32,000 nucleotides of DNA from positions 180,001 through 212,000 of the forward strand of contig NC_007484.1 in NCBI RefSeq assembly GCF_000012805.1, given 5' to 3'. Origin of the DNA: Nitrosococcus oceani ATCC 19707 (lineage in GTDB: Bacteria; Pseudomonadota; Gammaproteobacteria; Nitrosococcales; Nitrosococcaceae). The translations under genes were made by a program, and so were the position numbers. This document shows, one piece after another, positions 1 to 6,540 of this stretch (within the stretch, counting starts at the first letter, position 1; each line of letters starts with the position of its first letter). A model generated the notes under the pieces. The model was not told the DNA's origin and made no database searches. It worked only from the letters and a program-made list of their open reading frames with translations.

Positions 1-389
1 TGTGTCGTATTCTGTATTATGGCTGGTTTGATCAGCGGTAAAGCGAGGAACACCCACCAGGGGTAGCCACATCTCCCAACCTTTCCTTCGGCTATTTCCC
101 TCGATCACTTTCAAGACACTGACCCACATGGCGACCTATAAAGTACATGAGACCCTATATAGACCAAGGCAAAGAGAAAAACTCTTAGCTTGAATTCCTG
201 ATCTTTGCCGACGGTAGCAGGCAATGTTTCCGGCTATTAAAGGGTCTGTCTGCTGCAGGCAGGGGGCCGTCGTGTGTCCATACACTCCTTGAATGTTATT
301 TTAAATTCTTCTCATTTAATTTATCCTTTCGAAAATAGCTCTTCTCTCTAGATAAATTTAATGGGATCATGGAGAAAGTTTAAGTAAGG

Positions 390-2360
390 GTGCGGATAAT
401 GGGCGCGATAATATTCTCTTTAGGAAAATGGTTGGGTGGGTTGGTTTTCCTCATCAGTCTGCTGGGATACAGCGGGGTAGGAAGTGCCGAGGTGGCGGAA
501 GGTCGGGCGCAGACAGCGTTGCACATGCTGGACTATATTGGGGTGGACTACCCTGAGTTTGTTCAGGGTGGTCAGGCGTTGAATGCGGAAGAGTACCAGG
601 AGCAACTCGAATTTGCCCGTGAAGTCTTAGGAATTGTTGAGCAATTACCCGTAACGCTTCAAAAAGGCGGCATAGAGGAACAAGCCCATCAGCTTCTGGC
701 ATTGATTGAAGAAAAAGGTCCTGGGGACAGAGTCGCTATGGTAGCCGATCAGTTACGCTGGGATATCATTCGAGCTTACCAAATTGAGATTGCGCCCCAA
801 CAAGCGCCTGATTTAAGTGTGGCCGAGGCCCTTTACCAGGCTCAGTGCGCCACCTGCCATGGCGCTGAGGGTTATGGTGATGGTCCAGCCGCTGAAGGAA
901 TGGAACCGGAACCAACTAATTTTCACGAGCAGGCGCGCCAGGAACAACGCAGTATTTACAGCCTTTTTAGCACCATTACCCTGGGGGTGCCGGGCACGGC
1001 CATGCCTAGCTTTAAGCAGCCATTAAGCGAGCACAAGCGTTGGGCGCTGGCCTTTTATGTGAGCACCCTTATCACTACCGCAGAGGAGCAACAAACGGGG
1101 GCTGCCTTATGGCAGCAAGGAATTGGCAAGGAAGCATTTCCTGATTTACAAGCCCTGGCTAGTCAAACTCCCCAGGAGGTTGGCGCACGGTACGGGGAGG
1201 AATCCCGCCAAGTATTGGCTTATTTGCGCAGCGCGCCTGCTCTGCTGGATTCCGAAAAAGCACCGCTGGATTTGAGCTTGGAAGGTCTTGAGAAAAGTCT
1301 CAACGCTTACCGGGAAGGCCATCATGAACGGGCGCAGCAATTGGCGGTGGAGGCGTATTTGGAAGGTTTTGAACTGGTAGAGACGAGCCTTAATACGGTA
1401 GCTCCCAACCTGCGCTCCCACATCGAACAGGAGATGATGGCTTATCGTGCCCTAATCCGGAAAGGCGCGCCGGTTGAATCTCTGGAATCCCAACAAGGGA
1501 AGCTACAAGGTCTATTGAACCAGGCTCGTGAACAGCTCGATGAAGCTGAACTTTCCACCACCGCGATTGCGTTGAGCTCCCTGACCATTATTTTGCGGGA
1601 AGGGCTGGAGGCGGTTCTAATCGTCGGCGCCATTATTTCCTTTTTGATTCGATCCGGGCGGCGTGATGCCCTGATTTATGTGCATTTGGGCTGGATTCCT
1701 GCCTTGGTGCTGGGGGTAGCCACTTGGTTTGCGGCTACTTATCTTATTTCCATTAGCGGGGCGAGCCGCGAGTTAACCGAAGGAATCGCGGCCTTAATAT
1801 CAGCGGCTATATTGCTTTATGTGGGTTTTTGGCTCCATAGCAAAGCCTATGCTAAAGGCTGGCGAGCATTTCTTGCCAAGCAGGTGAGAGGAGCCTTGAA
1901 TAAGCGAACCTTGGGAGCACTGGCTTTGTTATCCTTCCTTGCGGTCTATCGGGAAGTATTCGAGACAGTGTTATTTTATCAGGCTTTGTGGACGCAAGCG
2001 GGTCCCGAAGGGCGTGGAGCAGTGCTTGGTGGTTTTGGTGCCGGGGTGGGAGTGCTCCTGCTAGTGAGCGGGCTAATTTTTTATTATAGCGTTCGCTTGC
2101 CTATTAAGCTTTTCTTCGGAGTTACTTCCGTGATATTGGCGTTACTAGCGGTGATCTTAGCCGGGAAGGGAGTCGGTGCATTGCAGGAAGCGGGCATGAT
2201 TCCGGTGGATGCGGTGGCTTTTCCTAGCATGCCTGCCCTAGGGATTTATCCGAACTGGCAGGTATTGCTTTTGCAAGGGGGAGTGTTGGTGGCCATTATA
2301 GCGGGTTTTGCTTATACGCATTTTGCTTCTCAGCGCACCCCGTCACCGGACAATGCTTAG
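390..2360 (+). CDS. Cytochrome c / FTR1 (EfeU-type) high-affinity iron permease fusion protein
   Basis: 656-aa ORF with an N-terminal hydrophobic signal-like segment. One haem-c motif CATCH (CxxCH), with a downstream GTAMP Met, lies in the soluble N-terminal part. The C-terminal ~270 aa has multiple hydrophobic spans and two RExxE permease motifs (REGLEAV, REVFETV). Confidence 0.8.
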   Translation: MRIMGAIIFSLGKWLGGLVFLISLLGYSGVGSAEVAEGRAQTALHMLDYIGVDYPEFVQGGQALNAEEYQEQLEFAREVLGIVEQLPVTLQKGGIEEQAHQLLALIEEKGPGDRVAMVADQLRWDIIRAYQIEIAPQQAPDLSVAEALYQAQCATCHGAEGYGDGPAAEGMEPEPTNFHEQARQEQRSIYSLFSTITLGVPGTAMPSFKQPLSEHKRWALAFYVSTLITTAEEQQTGAALWQQGIGKEAFPDLQALASQTPQEVGARYGEESRQVLAYLRSAPALLDSEKAPLDLSLEGLEKSLNAYREGHHERAQQLAVEAYLEGFELVETSLNTVAPNLRSHIEQEMMAYRALIRKGAPVESLESQQGKLQGLLNQAREQLDEAELSTTAIALSSLTIILREGLEAVLIVGAIISFLIRSGRRDALIYVHLGWIPALVLGVATWFAATYLISISGASRELTEGIAALISAAILLYVGFWLHSKAYAKGWRAFLAKQVRGALNKRTLGALALLSFLAVYREVFETVLFYQALWTQAGPEGRGAVLGGFGAGVGVLLLVSGLIFYYSVRLPIKLFFGVTSVILALLAVILAGKGVGALQEAGMIPVDAVAFPSMPALGIYPNWQVLLLQGGVLVAIIAGFAYTHFASQRTPSPDNA

Positions 2361-2361
2361 G

Positions 2362-2650
2362 AAGGGATGCTCGGCTTTAGCTTTAAGCGCGTATGCTGGA
2401 TTGCTATTCTACGCCTGCTCTATCGTATCGCCGCCACCCTGGCGCCGGTAGCAATGTTGGATCATGTCCTATGCGCGGCACCGGCCATAGTCTTGGATGA
2501 TGTTGCCCCAGGCGGTGGTCTCCTCGCCGTGGAGTAAATCGGGCAGCATGGTGGCATCAGAGAGAGAGCGGCCGCTGTTGTCGCCACGGCATAAAAAGAG
2601 ACTGAAATGCCAGCCTTCCCAGAAGGCTGGCCAAGTTGTTGCGCGGGATC
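2362..2650 (-). pseudogene. IS5-family (DDE) transposase internal fragment, decayed
   Basis: One minus-strand frame reads ...WEGWHFSLFLCRGDNSGRSLSDATMLPDLLHGEETTAWGN..YG..*..*..LKAKAEHPF. This matches, in order, the IS5 InsH blocks WHFG.K, SGL..S, LLHGEE, .D.GY.G and RA.VEHPF. It has two in-frame TAG stops, no start codon, no N-terminal third and no recognisable inverted repeats. Confidence 0.45.
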
Positions 2651-2973
2651 TATTCCTTATCCAAATTCATGCGTCTCTATCACTGATTAGCAACACTAAA
2701 TAACTTAGGCGATAGGTATGATATTGGTGATTGTTTGCTCCGTTTAAGAGACGGACTGCATCTTATAAGATGCGGGTTGCAAGGCAAAAGAAAAATAAAG
2801 CTGAGGTGCGTATTAGCCAAAATCGATAGGTGCCGCCAGAATCAGTAATTCTTTGATATGAAAGGTAGAAATAGGTATTGGCTAGGAACCAATTGTGTAT
2901 GATAAGGCGCAGCTTAGTCAGCCTATTTCGCGTTATGTTGTCAGGGCAAAATGCCTCGAGATAAAGGTGGATT

Positions 2974-3180
2974 ATGAAACCTAAACTCACGTCTGAGATA
3001 ACATGCCCGGCGTGTGGGCACGGGGAAGTGGAGACAATGCCAGAGGACTCTTGCCAGTATTTTTATGAATGCAAGAACTGCAAAACCCTGCTTAAACCCA
3101 AGCACGGTGATTGCTGTATATTTTGTTCTTATGGCGACACGCCGTGTCCACCCATACAACTAGATCAGTCGTGTTGTTGA
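2974..3180 (+). CDS. GDCCVxC-domain zinc-ribbon metal-binding protein (Cys form)
   Basis: 68 aa with CPACG...CKNC zinc-ribbon pairs, then GDCCIFCSYG and CPPIQ, which is the signature of the small GDCCVxC (seleno)protein family. An AAAGGTGG ribosome-binding site lies 4 nt upstream of the ATG. The ORF ends 4 nt before the merF-like gene. Confidence 0.75.
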   Translation: MKPKLTSEITCPACGHGEVETMPEDSCQYFYECKNCKTLLKPKHGDCCIFCSYGDTPCPPIQLDQSCC

Positions 3181-3184
3181 ATTT

Positions 3185-3400
3185 ATGAAGAACGGAAGCA
3201 GGTTAATAAAGATTGGTGCATTTGGCGGTGTAATTACGGCACTTTGCTGTTTCACTCCGGTTCTCGTTTGGTTGTTTGCGATTCTTGGGGTTTCAGCGTT
3301 GGTGGGTTATTTGGATTACGTGCTTTTGCCATTGCTCGCTGTGTTTCTGGTCTTGTTGTTAACCGGTTTTGTTCAGCCTCAACGTGACAAATCAACATAA
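3185..3400 (+). CDS. merF: MerF-like two-helix mercuric ion transporter, lacking the C-terminal Cys pair
   Basis: 71 aa with two hydrophobic helices. The TALCCFTPVLV...LSALVGYLDYVLLP block closely resembles MerF around its first vicinal Cys pair. The protein ends at QPQRDKST with no second CC pair. Confidence 0.7.
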   Translation: MKNGSRLIKIGAFGGVITALCCFTPVLVWLFAILGVSALVGYLDYVLLPLLAVFLVLLLTGFVQPQRDKST

Positions 3401-3465
3401 CGAGGGGCTGCAGCTGACCGGTTCGCGCTGGCGCTCCAACCGGCAGCCGAGCCCAGGCGTTAGGT
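3395..3465 (+). other. attC-like recombination site 1
   Basis: ACATAAC ... GTTAGGT ends. The arms pair: TAACG.GGGCT with AGCCC.CGTTA, and GCTGACCGGTT with AACCGGCAGC, leaving an unpaired A. The merF-like TAA stop lies inside the inverse core. Confidence 0.6.
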
Positions 3466-3534
3466 GCTTGGCACACCACTGGAAAAGGACGTGGGAGCTG
3501 AAAAAACAAGATTGAATTCTCAGAGGGGAGCCGG

Positions 3535-3948
3535 GTGACTAAAGATAGAAGCGATAATGAAGACAAGCGGACATTGGTAGAGCAGCTTGTTTCGGTTGAA
3601 AGAATCTCTTTCAATGTCACCCAGTCGGTTATCGTTACGACTGAGGACAAAATTCGTCTTTCATTGAGCTCTTATCTGCAAAATGCGAAGAGGCGATCAG
3701 ATTGGATTGCCCCTGCATCCCTTCTGATAGCAATTCTTGCAACACTTGTAACCGCCACATTTAATGATTTCATTCTAAGCGGTGCGACATGGAAAGCGGT
3801 TTTCATTATTGTTGGGTTGGGGGCGGCGATCTGGTTGATACGAGCCCTCCTGTTTTTGCGCGATAAGTCTACGATCGAAGAGTTAATAGAAGAGATAAAG
3901 ACTGGAAATAGAAACGAAGAATCTCAAAGTTCAGGAGGGTCAATTTAA
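3535..3948 (+). CDS. Hypothetical 2-TM membrane protein (137 aa)
   Basis: GTG start 5 nt after GGGGAG. The protein has a ~65-aa charged N-terminal region, two hydrophobic helices (WIAPASLLIAILATLVTATF, WKAVFIIVGLGAAIWLIRALLFL) and an acidic tail. Its stop overlaps the next ATG (TAATG). Confidence 0.6.
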   Translation: MTKDRSDNEDKRTLVEQLVSVERISFNVTQSVIVTTEDKIRLSLSSYLQNAKRRSDWIAPASLLIAILATLVTATFNDFILSGATWKAVFIIVGLGAAIWLIRALLFLRDKSTIEELIEEIKTGNRNEESQSSGGSI

Positions 3949-5312
3949 TGAAACTCCAAGGACGACTCGATGTGCTACAGAAGAAAGCTAAGGCAGCATT
4001 AGCAATTCGACACTACAAAGAGGCAGAATCCCTATTACAAGAGTTATTAGAAACCCAAGTCCAGCACTTTGGTGATGCAGACACGCAGATCGCCACCACA
4101 CTGAACAATCTCGCAGCTCTTTATGAAGCCCAAGGGCGGTATGCTCAGGCCGAGGAGCTTTACCATCGCTCGCTTGCTATCCGCGAACAGTTGCTAGGCC
4201 CGGACCACCCCGAGGTTGCCACCACACTGAACAATCTCGCAGCTCTTTATGAAGCCCAAGGGCGGTATGCTCAGGCCGAGGAGCTTTACCATCGCTCGCT
4301 TGCTATCCGCGAACAGTTGCTAGGCCCGGACCACCCCGAGGTTGCCACCACACTGAACAATCTCGCAGCTCTTTATGAAGCCCAAGGGCGGTATGCTCAG
4401 GCCGAGGAGCTTTACCATCGCTCGCTTGCTATCCGCGAACAGTTGCTAGGCCCGGACCACCCCGAGGTTGCCACCACACTGAACAATCTCGCGGCGCTCT
4501 ATAAGAAACAAGGGAGGTACGCTCAGGCCGAGGAGCTTTACCATCGCTCGCTTGCTATCCGCGAACAGTTGCTAGGCCCGGACCACCCCGAGGTTGCCAC
4601 CACACTGAACAATCTCGCAGCTCTTTATGAAGCCCAAGGGCGGTATGCTCAGGCCGAGGAGCTTTACCATCGCTCGCTTGCTATCCGCGAACAGTTGCTA
4701 GGCCCGGACCACCCCGAGGTTGCCACCACACTGAACAATCTCGCAGCTCTTTATGAAGCCCAAGGGCGGTATGCTCAGGCCGAGGAGCTTTACCATCGCT
4801 CGCTTGCTATCCGCGAACAGTTGCTAGGCCCGGACCACCCCGAGGTTGCCACCACACTGAACAATCTCGCGGCGCTCTATAAGAAACAAGGGAGGTACGC
4901 TCAGGCCGAGGAGCTTTACCATCGCTCGCTTGCTATCCGCGAACAGTTGCTAGGCCCGGACCACCCCGAGGTTGCCACCACACTGAACAATCTCGCAGCT
5001 CTTTATGAAGCCCAAGGGCGGTATGCTCAGGCCGAGGAGCTTTACCATCGCTCGCTTGCTATCCGCGAACAGTTGCTAGGCCCGGACCACCCCGAGGTTG
5101 CAATCATGCTAAATAATCTTGCTGGCTTGTACAGGGCGACGGGATTGGGTGAGAAAGCAGAAAGTTTGTATGACAGAAGCTTGGCGGTAATGGAAAAAAT
5201 ATTCGGGCCAAGACATCCAAATACTGCAATCGTACGAGCCAACCGCGATGCTTATAAACATACGGCACCTAACAAGGCAAATTCAGCCGACGCCAAAAAG
5301 CGGCGCGGCTGA
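3948..5312 (+). CDS. Tetratricopeptide repeat protein (42-residue KLC-type TPR_10/TPR_12 units)
   Basis: 454 aa made of a 48-aa N-terminus, eight near-identical 42-aa units (ATTLNNLAALYEAQGRYAQAEELYHRSLAIREQLLGPDHPEV), one divergent unit and a basic tail. No NTPase or other enzymatic domain is evident. Confidence 0.9.
   Translation: MKLQGRLDVLQKKAKAALAIRHYKEAESLLQELLETQVQHFGDADTQIATTLNNLAALYEAQGRYAQAEELYHRSLAIREQLLGPDHPEVATTLNNLAALYEAQGRYAQAEELYHRSLAIREQLLGPDHPEVATTLNNLAALYEAQGRYAQAEELYHRSLAIREQLLGPDHPEVATTLNNLAALYKKQGRYAQAEELYHRSLAIREQLLGPDHPEVATTLNNLAALYEAQGRYAQAEELYHRSLAIREQLLGPDHPEVATTLNNLAALYEAQGRYAQAEELYHRSLAIREQLLGPDHPEVATTLNNLAALYKKQGRYAQAEELYHRSLAIREQLLGPDHPEVATTLNNLAALYEAQGRYAQAEELYHRSLAIREQLLGPDHPEVAIMLNNLAGLYRATGLGEKAESLYDRSLAVMEKIFGPRHPNTAIVRANRDAYKHTAPNKANSADAKKRRG
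4092..5099 (+). repeat. 8 x 126-bp in-frame tandem repeat with a 378-bp higher-order duplication
   Basis: Unit starts are 4092, 4218, 4344, 4470, 4596, 4722, 4848 and 4974. Six units are identical by eye. Units 4 and 7 share the same 10 substitutions inside a 33-bp patch (EA to KK plus synonymous changes). Segment 4218-4595 equals 4596-4973. Confidence 0.97.
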
Positions 5313-5327
5313 TTTGCGGCGATAGAC
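5267..5327 (+). other. attC-like recombination site 2 (short 61-bp type, core mutated)
   Basis: ACCTAAC ... TCAGCCGACGCC / GGCGCGGCTGA ... GATAGAC. The arms pair with an unpaired A. The architecture resembles, from memory, the ~60-bp aadA-type attC. The core reads GAT instead of GTT. Confidence 0.5.
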
Positions 5328-5374
5328 GGCATCAAGCGAGTCCTGGTCCTAGGGCAGAGTTCTCGAATTGAGCA

Positions 5375-5414
5375 TTGACATACCAAATAAAGTATACATA
5401 CTTTTTATGGTATG
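5375..5414 (+). promoter_or_regulatory. Candidate cassette-internal promoter and operator for the toxin-antitoxin pair
   Basis: TTGACA (5375-5380), a 16-nt spacer, then CATACT (5397-5402). The imperfect inverted repeat CATACCAAATAAAG (5379-5392) / CTTTTTATGGTATG (5401-5414) matches at 12 of 14 positions and overlaps the -35 box and the ATG. Confidence 0.3.
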
Positions 5415-5693
5415 TGGAAAATCCTTGAGCATAGAAGGATCTGGCAACAGCTCGACCGACTCCCTCTCGATATTTTGAAGCGATATGAGAAGTGGAAAGA
5501 TATCGTCCGTCTCTCAGGCCCGAATGGGCTGAGGCAGATTAAGGGATTCAACGACGAAGCGTTACGGGGAGAGTGGCGTGGGCACCGCTCCTCGAGGCTC
5601 AGCCGCCAGTATCGAGTGATATATCGGATTGAGCAGGATAAGGTGGTTGTAGAAGTAGTTAGGGTGACCGCTCACGATTATCGGAGGAAGTGA
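5412..5693 (+). CDS. RelE/ParE-superfamily type II toxin (toxin-first, HigB-like arrangement)
   Basis: 93 aa. The C-terminal block LRGEWRGHRSSRLSRQYRVIYRIEQDKVVVEVVRVTAHDY is typical of RelE/ParE-fold toxins. The gene ends 1 nt before the HTH gene. Confidence 0.75.
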   Translation: MWKILEHRRIWQQLDRLPLDILKRYEKWKDIVRLSGPNGLRQIKGFNDEALRGEWRGHRSSRLSRQYRVIYRIEQDKVVVEVVRVTAHDYRRK

Positions 5694-5694
5694 A

Positions 5695-5955
5695 ATGAGC
5701 GAGTATCGAAAAGCCGGGAAGAGGGTCGATGTATCGATTGGTGAATCCGTCCGCATTCTCCGGGAGTTGCAGGAACTCAGCCAAAATGAGCTGTCGGAGA
5801 TGACTGGGATTCCTCAGTCTACAATCTCGGCGATTGAGCGGGATCGGATTCGCTTGGGCGTGGAAAGGGCCAAAGTACTCGCACGTGCGCTGCGGTGCCA
5901 TCCAGCAGTTTTGGTTTTTCCTGGCTGGGATGTAGAGCACGAGTCGGCCGCCTAA
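5695..5955 (+). CDS. XRE-family helix-turn-helix antitoxin
   Basis: 86 aa. The LSQNELSEMTGIPQSTISAIERDR segment is a Cro/C1-type HTH. It sits directly downstream of the toxin. Confidence 0.8.
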   Translation: MSEYRKAGKRVDVSIGESVRILRELQELSQNELSEMTGIPQSTISAIERDRIRLGVERAKVLARALRCHPAVLVFPGWDVEHESAA

Positions 5956-6022
5956 CAAGGCGCTCCACCGAACGACAATTCCGCTACGCTCTATTGCCGT
6001 TCGGTAAGCTTAGTCGTTAGAT
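5950..6022 (+). other. attC-like recombination site 3
   Basis: GCCTAAC ... GTTAGAT ends. ACCGAACGACAAT pairs with ATTGCCGTTCGGT around the loop TCCGCTACGCTCT. The antitoxin TAA stop lies inside the inverse core. Confidence 0.65.
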
Positions 6023-6327
6023 TCTAAAGGAGAACATGGAGTGAGTCTGGGGGCCGTTTTCGATGATCCGCCGAGACTGATTGCGTCAGTAAGGTATAAA
6101 ACGGAGCAGTCAAGATATTTTTTTGCACTGTTCGGGTTGACAGCGATTGCGATTGGCTTGGTATAGATATCAATTGAGACGAAATGTTAACGATTATTAG
6201 ATTCGAGCGCGATCTCCGGAGAGTGGTTGGCATGAGATACATACCATTTATGCTGTATTTGCTTAGCGGTCCCCTATTTGCAGATACACCAAGCTGGCTT
6301 TGCATAGGGGAGCACACTGCTCAAGTG

Positions 6328-6540
6328 ATGCCAGCATAGGCTTTGAAGAGCTGCGCTCATTGCTGAAGAGCCTGGGCTTTGAAGAACGTATTCGTGGCAG
6401 CCATCATATCTATTCGCCGTGTCGATATAGAAGAGCGCTTGAATCTTCAGCGTGAAGGCGCCAAAGCCAAGCCCTATCAAGTTCATCAAGTACGTGCTGT
6501 TATTCTGAAATATCGGCTAGGAGTCGATGACGATGCATAA
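6328..6540 (+). pseudogene. hicA: hicA-family toxin, frameshifted
   Basis: Frame 0 reads GFEELRSLLKSLGFEERIRGSHHIY. The continuation (I)RRVDIEERLNLQREGAKAKPYQVHQVRAVILKYRLGVDDDA* is in the +1 frame from about 6412. The ATG at 6328 hits TAG after 3 codons, so there is at least one frameshift. The 3' end overlaps the hicB start. Confidence 0.6.

Noticed and set aside
1-72. Minus-strand ORF start (ATG at 70-72, MWLPLVGVPRFTADQ...) running off the left edge.
   Set aside because: Only 24 codons are visible and no motif is recognisable. It cannot be separated from chance.
290-345. AT-rich segment upstream of the iron permease as a possible Fur box.
   Set aside because: The best hand alignment to GATAATGATAATCATTATC matches only about 8 of 19 positions.
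2609-2631. Perfect 9-bp stem / 5-nt loop hairpin GCCAGCCTT-CCCAG-AAGGCTGGC.
   Set aside because: It lies inside the transposase remnant coding frame (WPAFWEGW) and has no adjacent U-tract on the + strand and only a loose one on the - strand. It is probably coincidental.
2497-2703. 68-aa + strand ORF.
   Set aside because: It is antisense to the IS5 transposase remnant. It has no ribosome-binding site and no recognisable motif.
2901-2938. Possible attC/attI remnant upstream of the first cassette (ATAAGGCG..AGCTTAGTC..CGCGTTATGT). It shares AGCTTAGTC with the 3' arm of attC-like site 3.
   Set aside because: The core is GTTATGT (one mismatch), the arms are very short and there is no clear inverse core. 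This is too weak to call, so it is used only as a tentative left boundary.
3252-3650. 132-aa minus-strand ORF.
   Set aside because: It overlaps the merF-like gene, attC-like site 1 and the start of the 2-TM gene on the opposite strand. Its composition is Ser/Thr/Pro-rich and looks like noise.
4092-5099. A regular 126-bp periodic repeat that might be mistaken for a CRISPR array or a satellite.
   Set aside because: There are no unique spacers. The units are contiguous, in frame, and encode TPR helices inside one long ORF.
6024-6489. Minus-strand ORFs 6024-6317 (97 aa) and 6274-6489 (71 aa).
   Set aside because: Both are low-complexity Ser/Leu-rich translations. The second is antisense to clear HicA homology. 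The other cassettes are all + oriented.
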